Below the pieces are notes generated by a model. That model ran no database searches, had not been told where the DNA came from, and saw nothing but the letters and a program-made list of their open reading frames with translations. Of a stretch of DNA of 64,000 nucleotides, positions 38,511 to 50,339 are shown piece after piece. How positions within the stretch are numbered: the first letter of the stretch is position 1; each line of letters begins with the position of its first letter. The position numbers were made by a program, and so were the translations under genes. This DNA is from Heterodontus francisci (Eukaryota), in assembly GCF_036365525.1 (NCBI RefSeq), contig NC_090394.1, positions 65,273,743 through 65,337,742 on the forward strand. The letters run 5' to 3'.

Positions 38511-39929
38511 TGGCCTACATTCTCTCATGACCTTTCTATCTAAGGACAGAGTATTCATATTAGGAGCCATACAAATTGGTGATTCTCTTCCCCTGAGCTG
38601 GATATTTTGGAGGAAGTGTTTTCTTATCTTCAAAGTAAGGAATGTAGATCCGGGTAAGAAGTCACCAATTAAGTATATCAGAGTCTGGTGCAACATAATG
38701 CATCCCTGCTATTCTTCCACAGCAATGTGCCTTTACCCTAACCTCACTATATTGCTCTCGTGAACTTCCATTTTCTACATCAGTAATTCTTAAGAATATA
38801 AGAAATAAAAGCAGTAGTAGGCTACATGGACCTTCAAGGCTGCTCTGCCATTCAATAATGTGGTTGATCCATATTATTTTCATTTTTTCATTCCGATTGC
38901 AGTCATCTTTCAAGTATGAGACTTATAAGTTGTGGTGAATTGTGGACAATATTGAGCTGTGGGACATCTTTTGCACGGGAACTTTACTGACTGCACAGGA
39001 ATGTTTCCCCTGTTTAGTCTGGACCAAATTCAAACAACAGAAAAGGACAGTGTGCTAATTAATAAAAAAGAAACCTGGTTCCTATGCTCCTACTTTCTGT
39101 TTTCAGCTGCAACATCCTGAGGAACCACATTAAAAACTGGGAAAATCAAGAGCATTACTGTACTACTCTCCCAGACCTCCTTGTTCAGAATGGGATTTGG
39201 GAGGCCTGGGAGTAGAGCTCTCAGCAGACAACGTGAAAAAGCAAGGAAAAAAATAGTGGAAGAGGTATTTCGACTTAGAAAAATATTATAGAAGTAATTT
39301 TTGAGCTTGCATTTGTTTCAAAACTAACCTCCATGTACACTGTCAATTAAAAGGCTAATGGCAAACTAATTGGATCATGAACTTACCTTGTCAGAAAAGC
39401 AGAGATCTATTACCTCTACAATACTTATTAGCAACATGTAATAACTAAGTTATATTCAAAAAACATTTTATATACCTTGGATAACAGATGACACTTTGTT
39501 TCTTTAGGACATGAAGTAAGAGGTAATTTAGTTATCTGAATTAGTAATGGGGGTCAAAATTCCTGTTTTTGTTAATTTTAGTGTAGACTTGAATAAAAAT
39601 ATTGTGTGAGCCAATTTTCCAAAATAAATTGGTTCATAATTGCCCCTAGCTTGGGATATCACTTTTTCCTCATATACTTTTTAGTATAATTAGCAATTTT
39701 GTTCCTCATATTCCTATGAAAGCTACCCTCTGCACCAACACCACCAGCTCCCATTGTGTTAGGTGAATCAGAAACAAGCAAAATAATAAGGAATTTGCAC
39801 CGGTCTTGGCCGAAGCAATTTTTGATTTCTGTGACAACTTTGGAGCGAAGTGTAGAGCCTTTACTAAGTTTACACAGCCTAACGCTTCGGTCAGTGCAGT
39901 TGCTGTGATTTTAACATGATCAACCAAGC

Positions 39930-39959
39930 TTTATTTGCAGAAACTATTGTAAGTTTATT
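39930..39959 (-). terminator. Two candidate IGFALS polyadenylation signals
   Basis: TTTATT at 39954-39959 and 39930-39935 (AATAAA on the minus strand), ~220-250 nt past the stop codon. Confidence 0.55.
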
Positions 39960-40179
39960 TGTATATGTTCGCTAAGCCAGAAAGAATCAGACTATTATTA
40001 GCAAATTAGATTGGGAATATTGTGTTCCAAACCAGATAGGCACGTCAAGGTTTGATTTCCATTATTATAGTCATAACTGCATATTCAAATTACATCAGGG
40101 TGTCAAAGCTAAATACCATGGCATTGCTACTTGAACAATATGCATGCAATGAGAAAACATGCAACTCATGTACTTGATG

Positions 40180-41993
40180 TTAGCAATGACCAAAATAATC
40201 CTCACTGATGTCTCTCAGATCTGTACTAGCAATGGTTTGTGGGCTTGCACACGTGATGTTGTTGTATGTGTACATGGTTGTATGAGTTTCATCTCCTTCT
40301 ACCACCGATTCGAAATAACGAGGAACTACATGGGGATTCTTCAGACAGTAATCCCTGAGTGACTTCAGCAAGCAGTCACAGTGCCACTTGTTATCTTCCA
40401 ACAATAGTTGCTCCAGTTGTGATGACTGCTCCAAAAACTGTTCTGGGAAATGTCTTAAATAGTTGCTCTTAAGGTTCAGATACCTTAACTTGATCAATGG
40501 TGTAAGAGTATAATTATAGAAAAACTCAATAAAGTTCTCTGATAAATCAAGCCAAGAGAGACGGTGAAGAGGCTGAAAGGTAGTATCAGAAATGTATGCA
40601 AGTTTATTGCACTTTAGTAGAAGATACTCCAGATTTGGTACACTTGTGAAGGCCTGAGGAGATAGCTGTACTAGTTTGTTGTAGCTGAAATCCAGCTCCA
40701 AAAGCTCTTGCAAGTCACTGAGGCTCTGATTGTCAATAACTGAAATGTAATTGTCTTGCAGGAAGAGTCTTCGAAGGCAGATCAATCCGGAAAATGTGTT
40801 TGGTTGAATTCTGGTGACTGCATTGTTTTGTAAATGCAGGCTATGAAGATTAGGAAGACCATTAAATGTATGGTCTGATAAATTCTTTAAAGAGTTACTG
40901 GATAGATTCAGTACGGCTACCTCATGAAGGCCAACAAATGCCCCTGGTTTGATCTCCTGAATCTGGTTATTGTTCAGAGTGAGAACTTCCAATTGTACTA
41001 AGCCATCAAATATGTTTTCAGAAAGGCTTTTGATTTTGTTGTACCCAAATTGGAGTTCTTCCAGAAACTGAAGTTCTCTGAATGTCCTGTGCCTTAACCC
41101 TGTGATGGAGTTGTTGAGCAACCGAAGCACATGAAGATTTAGGAGTCCAGAGAATGTTTCTTCATATAATATAGTAATGCGATTGTGGGACAAGTCTAAC
41201 CATCTGAGAGATTTCATTCCCATAAAAGCCCTAGGTACAATGGTGCTGATCTGGTTACAGCTCATATAAAGCTTTTGGAGCTTTTGCAGCTTCACAAAGA
41301 TGTTCGCCTTTATCACTCGCAACAGATTTCCTGACAAATCAAGTTCCTTCAGCTCTGTCAAACTGATAAACAGTTGGGACTGCAGATATGTTAACCTATT
41401 TCCTGCCAAAATAAGCTCCTTTAAGTTTGTTAAGTCATGAAAGCCTGTAGCGGGCAAAACTGCCAGATTATTCCATCCCAGATTGAGGTACCAGAGGTGG
41501 GAGAGGCCAGAAAACAACACATCTTCAATTTTACTAAAGTTGTTATTGTTCAGACTAAGTGAGCCAAGAGACGGAGTGTGGAGAAATGCATTTAGTACCA
41601 GGTATTTCAATTTGTTCCTTTCCAAATGCAGGTGGACCAATTGTTTCAAACCGTAGAAGGCATGTTGATCAACACTAATTATGTGGCTATTCTCTAGGTT
41701 CACAAAGTCCAGATTAGACATGTTCCTGAAAGCGTGGGATGGAAGAACTGTGAAGTTATTAGAGTCAAACCAAACTGCTTTAGCATTAACTGGTACATCT
41801 TTCGGAATGCTGGTAAGATTACAAGAGCTGCAGTAGACATTCAGTTCTTCACTGTAGTCATCAAAAATGCAGGTGCATACTTGGGGGCATTCCAAATTTT
41901 CATCATCTGACTCTTCCCCTGATGGTAACTGTGATTCTGTTCCCAACACTGGGATGAACCTCAGACAAACAATAACCAAAACAAGGCAAAATT
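40180..41993 (-). CDS. IGFALS: Insulin-like growth factor-binding protein complex acid labile subunit, main coding exon
   Basis: Uninterrupted LRR ORF with LRRNT (CPQVCTCIFDDYSEELNVYCSS), LHLERN, LNLGWNNLAVLP, IKANIFVKL, LRWLDLSHNR and C-terminal YNNITCASP..DLRDISEDYFGHC*, matching recalled human ALS. Acceptor tttttttag| at 41994 (phase 1). Syntenic with NUBP2. Confidence 0.97.
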
Positions 41994-42273
41994 CTAAAAA
42001 AAATAAACACAACATGCAATCAGAGAATATAAAACATTCAGGGTTTGGATAATTTTTATAAGATAATCATCACAGACAAAAAAGAGAAAAAGATCATTGA
42101 AATAAATTAACGATTTCCATGGCATTGTTCATAGTAAGTCAGAGGATGTTTATTAGGGTCTAAAATTATTACCACTATTACCATCTAACACACAATGTAT
42201 TATTCTGCTGTGAAGGTACACCTGAGTGCAATTTAGCCTATCCCTTTAAGAACATAAGCTCTGATGATGCTTG

Positions 42274-42304
42274 CTGAGAGCAATTAGAGTCTAATTGCTC
42301 TCAG
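42274..42304. repeat. Perfect 15-bp inverted repeat with a 1-nt spacer
   Basis: ctgagagcaattaga-g-tctaattgctctcag. Confidence 0.9.
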
Positions 42305-42836
42305 ATAGGCACTGAAGTAAGTTAGAAATTTGGAGATTCTTTTCTAATAGTATTTTTAAAAAGATCGCATTGAATCTGTTATGTCTGAAATGTGAAGTAT
42401 ATTGAATGTAATAGAGAGATGTTATGTAGTTGTGATATCCAATCTCTGCATTATTATCTCTGCATTATGTTGTCTATAGTAAAGGAAAATAACTTATTGG
42501 GAAATGTAACAATAAGGTTAACTCCCATAATACCACTTATATTTAGGGCTTTGTTATACTGAGGATTTCTCTGTTCCCATTAACAGATAATTGGGAATTC
42601 AGTGTTTTCTAGAAGCAAGTCTTCCTAGATTTCGTCATTACATGAAATCTAATATTAACAATAAGTGACTTCCTATTTTGTACCACACAGAGCCATTGTG
42701 ATCAATTTTAACAGCTTGGGTTATGCTTAAAATTAATTAAAAAGAAAAGACAAGATTATATAGAAACACGCAACCACTGAGGTCCTACTGAGAGAGTTTG
42801 GGTGGATGTTAAAGATCCTATGACTTGAGCAACAGT

Positions 42837-43190
42837 GGGGCGGCACAGTGGCGCAGTGGTTAGCACCGCAGCCTCACAGCTCCAGCGACCTGGGTTCAAT
42901 TCTGGGTACTGCCTGTGTGGAGTTTGCAAGTTCTCCCTGTGTCTGCGTGGGTTTCTTCCGGGTGCTCCGGTTTCCTCCTACATGCCAAAAGACTTGCAGG
43001 TTGATAGGTTAATTGGCCATTATAAATTGCCCCTAGTATAGGTAGGTGGTAGGGAAATATAGGGACAGGTGGGGATGTGGTAGGAATATGGAATTAGTGT
43101 AGGATTAGTATAAATGGGTGGTTGATGGTCGGTACAGACTCGGTGGGCCGAAGGGCCTGTTTCAGTGCTGTATCTCTAAAACTAAAACTA
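42837..43190 (+). mobile_element. HE1-type V-SINE (elasmobranch tRNA-derived SINE), full length
   Basis: A/B boxes (tggcgcagtgg, gggttcaattc), V-domain (tgtggagtttgca..ctccggtttcctcc), CR1/HER1-type tail gggccgaagggcctgtttc and (ctaaaa)n end. Confidence 0.9.
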
Positions 43191-43913
43191 ACCAATACCA
43201 CCAGAAGGAGACCAGATTAACATCTCATTGCTGTTTGTGAGGCAGTGATGGTGCAGAATGACCGCTGTGTTTACGTATACATGAAGTGGCAGTAGGGTCG
43301 TGCAACATGTGCCATTGTACACAGTGGTCTCAAGCGGATCCAATGATACGTTTAACAATCCTAACTTTATTAATGTAGGGGCCCCAAATTGAACTTTTTT
43401 TATGGGGCCGCTGCAAAGCAAAAGTGCGTGAAACACTTTGAAACATTTCAAGAATGTTTACAGCTGTGTATAAATGCATTTGTAAAAACATTTCTTTTTC
43501 TATAGCAGATGCTACAAAGAAGGCTTGTTTTAACACTTGTCTGAAATGAATTCTTCCACCATGGGAAGCAAATGGGTGGAACTCTTACAAAATCATTCAT
43601 TCAAATTGGGTCCAAGTTTCAAACAAAAAAAAATTCTGTATCTTTGAAGAGATTCTTAACCACTATTAGTACAATGTTGTGTTTCTGGAATTTTTTTTCT
43701 CATTTCAAATGGAATCTTCACAAGCCAGCGTCACTGAGGGATCTTTATCTTAGGCAAATATAACAAAATTGTGGGAAGGATAAAAAGAAAATCATACACA
43801 ACTCATGCATAATGTAAAAATCCATCATATGCTCTGGTGTAAAAAACAAGTAATAGTTATTAATAAATCCTTAATAAATCCCATCCTTGCCCCCATGAAG
43901 AAAAATATCTTAC

Positions 43914-43929
43914 CCACAGATTTGTGCAT
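43914..43929 (-). CDS. IGFALS: IGFALS first coding exon
   Basis: aaaATG CAC AAA TCT GTG G|gtaaga: 16 nt and phase 1, as recalled for mammalian ALS exon 1. Joins in frame to give MHKSVEFCLVLVIVCLRFIPVLG, a signal-peptide-like N-terminus; 609 aa in total. Confidence 0.75.
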
Positions 43930-46364
43930 TTTGTTACGAAGCCTTTTTTTTTTACAGAAAGTAATTTGCCAGTTGTCTTCTGTCTAGCTCAAATTGATGC
44001 CGGTAACAAACTGTACAGAATTATTGCCTTCTTTTACAAAACTTCAGGATCATGGGATAACCTCTTTCTACCAGTTAACCAGCACAACATTCCTAACATC
44101 TCATTCTTTCTTTTCTTATTACGGAAATTTTTTGACTCCCCCACTGACCAGTGGACTGTGTTAATGACCAAATGGCAGTAAGCCAAAATGGGGTCAGCAG
44201 AAAAATAAACACCTGACACATGGTAAGGAAAGAATCAATAGTGTTTACTTAGTGCATCCACATGAGGCAATATTTAGCTACTTTGCAGCCACAAAGCATG
44301 CTACCAATGCAATGTCCCTCTGGACACCAGGTACATTCATTAATACATCTGATACGATCACCCTATCTGGCCAGGGTGAAATAGTTATTTAAAGCATTAC
44401 ACAATCTTGTCAGTTTTGTCTCCATTTAGCACCAAAGCGAATGATACTGTTACAATGTGTAGTAACAGTCTTTATGATATTAACTGATGGGATCTTAGCG
44501 GGTATTTACTATACACATAATATTGTGATTATAGCAACAATTTGCATTTCTGTAGCAGTTTTCACATCAGAGTTCTTGTACCAGAAGGTGAGGAGAATAC
44601 CCAGTGGGAGATGTAGCTTAGTGTAATGGTGGAAAGGACTGAAATTATGCCTCACTCAACTCAACCCATCGTAGCCCATCCCAGGTCAACCTGTTTGGAA
44701 TTATACATATTGGAAATATATTATAATGCGCTCACCTTTATTGCCATTTCAGCATTTTAATTTACTGTCATTATATTCAACCCACAGGAGCAAGGAGGAA
44801 TTGGGCTTTAATTGACCTCTAGATCTTAGCTAGACCATCCGGCCTTAAAGGGAAAGGCCACATTACTCACAGCTGCAGCTTAGCAGCAGAACAATACCTT
44901 CTGTGCTATATTCCTATCCTTAGAAAACATTGCACCCACTGACATTCTACAAGCAATGTCCCCAGGAGTTCCATTAGTCTTTATCAAGCTATTTTTGTGT
45001 AAATTCGAACTTAACCTATTTTTTGGGTATGCAAAGTGACTTTCCTTATCACATATATTCATGTTGAAATGATAACTAGTGGATAAATTTTTTTTTAGCA
45101 AATTAGTCATCCCTGGATTTGAATAATCACCTTAATCAATGAACAGAATCATTCCAATTAGAAGAGTAACTTCTTAACATCTACAATAATTGAAGGAATA
45201 CTTCAGAAAAGGGTGTCATCATTAAGTTGTTGTAATCCTTTTTCGAATATCACCCAGCTCGTCAGGTAAGAAACGACGGTAAATCATACATGTGTTTTGT
45301 ATTTTACTTTATAGTCTACAGAGTGACTCAGATGTACTAAGATGGTTGCAGCCATCATGCATTTACCTCATGAAAAGTGTCAAGGGATAGCAATATGTTA
45401 CTGTAATAAAATTTCATTCCACGTCAGCATGTGCTTCAATGCTGAAGTAATGGGAGGAGGACTTTATTGTTAAGCACTCCATGTGATCATTCATCATTTT
45501 CCAGCTCCACAACACTCCAGGATTGGGAGGAGAATCGGAATAAAGGCTTTGCCTTAAAATCAATTAAAACTTTAGGTCATTTCAATCACTTTGTTAAAAT
45601 TTGCAGTAAGCATCAAAATAAGTAGATCCTGAAAATGAACCAATTTAAGCACTTGATTCCTATACTACTCCAATTCCTTCAAGCAACACCTATTCGTTGC
45701 AGCCAATTTACTTATTCAGACCATATCAATCTGAGCTTGCATACGTGATTGAAGTTAAGAGTCTACATTAGCAGGAGCTCCAGCCCTGATAATGTTCTGG
45801 TGATAACATTTAGTTACTGTTAGGAAAGCACCTCTCTAACGGTCAAGGCTACTCATGTCAAAAAATGCTGCAAAGATCATAGTGATAACACAGCACATGA
45901 GGGTAGCATTGAAAGAATTGCTTTGTTAAATATAGAAGTTTTTCCCCCAATTTTACCAGTCTTTCTTCCCTCCTCTCTTGACAGTAGTGATTCATGCTTG
46001 AGGAAACCTTATGTAAGTGTCTATTCTTTAAGTATGAATCAATATGATAAGGGTTGACAGCCTGTACAAATGGGGTACAAATGAGCTTAAGCCTGTTACT
46101 ACCCAGTATCCACACGCAAGCATGTTCAGCAGTGACCGTCTGATAGTGATCAGCATCGGGATCCCAAGCTGAACTTTCCCTTCTCATGACCAAGACTGCT
46201 AAAGGCCAAATGTGCTCCGACTGCTGCTCCAGCCAAGATCAGCTAACTCAGTCAAATGCTCGAGGAACATCACCTCATCTTTTGATTTGGCGTTTTACAG
46301 GCTTCTGGTCTCACCATTGGGTTTAACAATTTCTGATCAGGATCACTGCTTGCATTTTCTTGGA

Positions 46365-46595
46365 TAGCAGGTGATGGTAATATTCTGCTGTGGTCATTTA
46401 CAATATTGTCCCATGACCACCCCCTCTTTTGCCTTGCTCCACCATCACTTTGGTCATTTAATCAATCTTGCCTTCCACTCTATCACAGACCTTCCCTTTT
46501 GGTCCCCCTGTTCCCATCCCCCTTTTAACCTTGGCTCTGTATTGCTCATAAACTGTTAAATTTATAACTTTTTCCAGTTTTGATGAAGGCAGACA
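46365..46595 (+). mobile_element. Penelope-like element terminal remnant
   Basis: Pyrimidine-rich terminus (ctatcacagaccttccctttt...ttccagttttgatgaagg) typical of shark Penelope-like repeats. Followed by a partial Deu-SINE at 46610-46830. Confidence 0.45.
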
Positions 46596-47061
46596 GAAAG
46601 AAGAGCAATGACTTGCATTTATATAGTGCCTTACACAACCTCAGGATGTCCCAAGCATTTTACTGCCAATTAAGTCATTTTGAAGTGTAGTGTAACGTAA
46701 GAAACTTGGAAGCCAATTTGTGAACAGCAAGATCCCACAAACAGCAATGTGATCTATTTGAATGACGTTGGTTGATGGATATATATTGGTCAGGACACTG
46801 GGGAGAACGCCCCAACTCTTCTTGTTGGCCCAATTCCCCCAGGCACCTCCTCAAAAGGACATCTGCTGTTAAATTGGCAGCTGGCAACTTCTAAGTGCAC
46901 AAGGTAACCAACTAAAACAGGCACTAGGCTCCTTGAATATGCTAATTAGGGGAGTGTTGCTTGTTTTAGGACCCATGTCAAATTCAGCAAAAGCTGAACG
47001 CAGAATGTGCTGCGCATGCTCTGTTCAGTTCTCCAGGTCTACAACAGTCTAACCAGTCCTT

Positions 47062-47815
47062 AGAGTCATAGAGTGATACAGCACAGAAACAGGCCCTTCT
47101 GCCCATCATGTCCACGCCGGCCATCAAGCCTATCTATTCTAATCCCATTTTCCAGCACTTGGCCCGTAGCCTTGTATGCTATGGCGTTTCAAGTGCTCAT
47201 CTAAATACTTCCTAGATGTTGTGAGGGTTGCTGCCTCTACCACCCCTTCAGGCAGTGTGTTCCAGACTCCAACCACCCTCTGGGTGAAAATTCTTTTCCT
47301 CAAATCCCCTCTGAACCTCCTGCCCCTTACCTCAAATCTATGCCCCCTGGTTATTGACACCTCCACTAAGGGAAAAAGTTTCTTCCTATCTACCCTATCT
47401 ATGCCCCTCATAATTTCATATACCTCAGTCAGGTCCCCCTTCAGCCTTCTCTGCTCCAGGGAAAAAAACCCTAGCCTTTTCAGTCTCTCTTCATAGCTGA
47501 AATGCTCCAGCCCAGGCAACATCCTGGTGAATCTCCTCTGCACCCTCTCCAGTGCAATCACATCACTCCAATAGCATGGCGACCAGAACTGTACACAGTA
47601 CTCCAGCTGTGGCCTAACTAACATTTTATACAACTCCAGCATAACCTCCCTGCTCCTATATTCCATGCCTCGGTCAATAAAGGCAAGTATCCCTTATGCC
47701 TTCCTAACCACCTTATTTACCTGTGCTTCTGCCATCAGTGATCTATGGACAAGTACACCAAGGTCCCTCTGACCTTCCGTACTTCCTATGGTCCTACCAT
47801 CCATTGTATATTCAT
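47062..47815 (-). mobile_element. CR1 LINE, 3' fragment (young)
   Basis: Open 175-aa ORF2 C-terminus at 47139-47666 plus the 3' UTR. Confidence 0.93.
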
Positions 47816-48185
47816 CGTTAATTATCTTTATGCACCATTGTGAGGAAATAATATTTACTGGTTATCTGTTTCCTTCCTTATTTTTTTAAATTTAAATATT
47901 TACTGTGAGACACAGTACAGAAGCACCACAAAAAAGGGGCAGTGCTTGTGCAAGCAACTAACCCCTTACTAAGCTCACCATCTTCTATAAGCCCATGGAG
48001 TGGGAGATAGAGTAAAAATGCATGCCCAGGGTATCAGAGATTTGCTCAAAGGATGAGCACATAGACATGGCTGGGCCCATACAAGAGCTACTGGACTTTA
48101 CAGAATCTTAGAATTATGGCTAATAGGTAAGGTGTTGCTGTAAGCAATTTTAAAAAAATTTTGTTCTTTTCCCAATAAAATTCAG

Positions 48186-48365
48186 AAAGATCTAAATTCC
48201 TCTGAAAAAACCTGGGAGTGGCTTCTGGCTGAGGAAGAACCCATTATCCTCAGCGGACTTCTTTGGTGCTGGCTTGAGCAGTTCAAAGAGCCTGTCCTAT
48301 CAAAAATAGACATACTGCACTTAATAAAAACTCACAGAACCAATACCCTGGGACTCCTGAAGAAG
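48186..48365 (+). pseudogene. PTPDC1-like exon (C-terminal region of protein tyrosine phosphatase domain-containing 1 paralogue); functional status unknown
   Basis: ttcag|KDLNSSEKTWEWLLAEEEPIILSGLLWCWLEQFKEPVLSKIDILHLIKTHRTNTLGLLKK|gtaaag: 180 nt, phase 0-0, no stop. Aligns with recalled human PTPDC1 KELNSRDGAWERICGERDPFILCSLMWSWVEQLKEPVITKEDV...LFLLEK. Confidence 0.75.
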
Positions 48366-48469
48366 GTAAAGCTCTGGGGATCCTGAGTTTCTCCTGGGCA
48401 AGGAACCTAACACAGTTTCTCATGGACTTTAGAACTGCTCAATTGAACTGAGTAGAGAAACCACTTACA

Positions 48470-48760
48470 TTAGATTTACCAGGAGGATGTTTCCTCTTGT
48501 GGGGGAGACTAAAACTAGGGGACACAGTTTAAGAATAACAGGTCTCCCTTTTGGGATGAAGATGAGGAGAATTTTTTTTTTCTCAAAGTGTCATTAGTCT
48601 GTGGAATTGTCTTCCCCAGAAAGCAGTGGAAGCTGGGTCATTGAACTTACTCAAGGCTGAGTTAGATAGATTTTTGATAGACAAGGGAGTCAAGGGTTAT
48701 GGGGGGCAGACAGGAAAGTGGAGTTGAGACCACAACCAGATCAGCTATGATCTTATTGAA
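48470..48760 (+). mobile_element. CR1 LINE, 3' fragment
   Basis: MFPLVGETKTRGHSLRI-like sequence and 3' UTR, same family as the copy at 24341. Confidence 0.85.
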
Positions 48761-50007
48761 TTAATTAACTAATTCCTTAAGGAACCTCTCGAGGATTCCA
48801 AAGAGCAGGGAAGTTTTGGATCTTTTTATCTAAAATAATGTGGAGCAGGGAAGAGTAGGAGTGTGGGCCACAGTGTGACCTGAACTCACCCCTTACTATT
48901 CCCACCCTCTGTTGACCAGCAAGCTGCATCATGACGCTCAGACCTAGTGATCACATCTCACTGAAATGAAGCCTGAGGCCCAAGTTGCAGGAAATCTTGT
49001 GCCTTCGTCTTTAGGTATGTGTTCCAGACATGTTGCCCACGTTGAATTGTTACCTGTTGCGAAACCTATTTCTCAGCTGCTTTGCTTTAAAATACAAAAC
49101 TTAGATATTGCTCAAACCACAAATCAGTTCCCTGAGGAAAAAGATAATCAATAGAAGTGTGACTAAAGATCAGTGTAGCTTTCAGCCGTACAACATTTTG
49201 TTTTAGCACTACTTTCTTCCTTGTTAACTTTTGTTCAGGTGGCCATGTAGTGTGAATAGGGGCAGAAAACTAGTGAGCAGCCCTTTCACAATCTGCACAG
49301 TAAGCTGCTGCTCAGCACATCCCCACGCAGAATGTTTGAGATCCAAACTATGATGAAGTGAATGACTGAGTCTGTATTTATTTACTCTGTGGCATGGCAG
49401 GTTTTTAGCAATGCTTTACCTTCAATGCTTAACATGATCAAAGCAAGAGCATTTCTCATTTCATAGTATTATTTGAATTTCAAAACCTGTCCTATTTTCA
49501 GTGCAGGAATGTTACTGCAGTCTCAAAAAGGTTAAACGTCACTCATATATTAACTTTGACCAGAATGGCAGTTTTACTGAGCTGGTAGTGGGGAATATAA
49601 TAATTTGCTGTCAAAATAATGGCAAGGCTAATAGTGCAAACACTGCAGCAAATTTAAGTGAGGGCAGATGCATGATTAAATGTAGAAATCCAAAAGTTGC
49701 TGTCTGAGATGCACATTGAGTTCATTCACTCGAATTTATACTTCCTTATCATTCCTTGTGCAGTCAATTCCACAATCCTTCAATCTGATTGGTTAAGGAG
49801 ATACACAGTTGCTTGCTCTGTTCACTCAGGTCCCAGATGCCTTGTTTCCCTTGCTGCGCCATTGTCAGCTCACAGGTCCAGCAACTTGCAACGGAAAATA
49901 TTGTCGATTAAAGGGGCACGGGCAAGTCTAACTAACAGCCGACGCTCCTAAATTCACTCCTACTGCAAAATATGGCACAATGAATACTTTTAACAGCTTA
50001 AACTTAC

Positions 50008-50135
50008 TGAACCATGAAAGTGCTGACTGTGACAGGCAGCTCGTGAAAGTACCCATGGATTTACCTTTAACAAGACTTTGGATCCAATCAGCAGCAAAGG
50101 TAAATATTTAAAATTTGTTTCTGCATTGCTGTTCT
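50008..50135 (-). promoter_or_regulatory. Candidate liver-type promoter and short non-coding exon for IGFALS
   Basis: Minus strand reads AAACAAAT, TAAATATTTAC (FoxA/HNF1-like), TGATTGG (CCAAT), GATCCAAAGTCTT (HNF4 DR1-like), TTAAA, then the consensus donor CA|GTAAGT at 50007. Confidence 0.35.
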
Positions 50136-50339
50136 TTTGAATTGTTGATTCTAACAGCTTTCAAACATAAAACAGACCGAACTCAGCCCTGAATGATGGG
50201 ATATTTTTCCTTGCAGCAACAATACATATACACGTTCACTGCCACTTCATCTCAAAAATAATATACAAATGTGGAAGTATTGTTAATACACTTGTGCTTT
50301 TTGATTGGTTCCCAACCATCCTTTCAAATAGCTTTGGGG

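Noticed and set aside
41994-42015. ORF-track start MLCLFFL for IGFALS
   Set aside because: It is the intron polypyrimidine tract and acceptor read in frame; a 16-nt upstream exon fits better.
42261-42315. CTGATGA...CTGA as a C/D snoRNA or hammerhead
   Set aside because: Too short, no terminal stem, no GAAA after the putative stem II, and antisense to the host IGFALS intron.
42837-42910. tRNA gene
   Set aside because: The A/B boxes belong to the SINE head, which continues into the V-domain; no complete cloverleaf.
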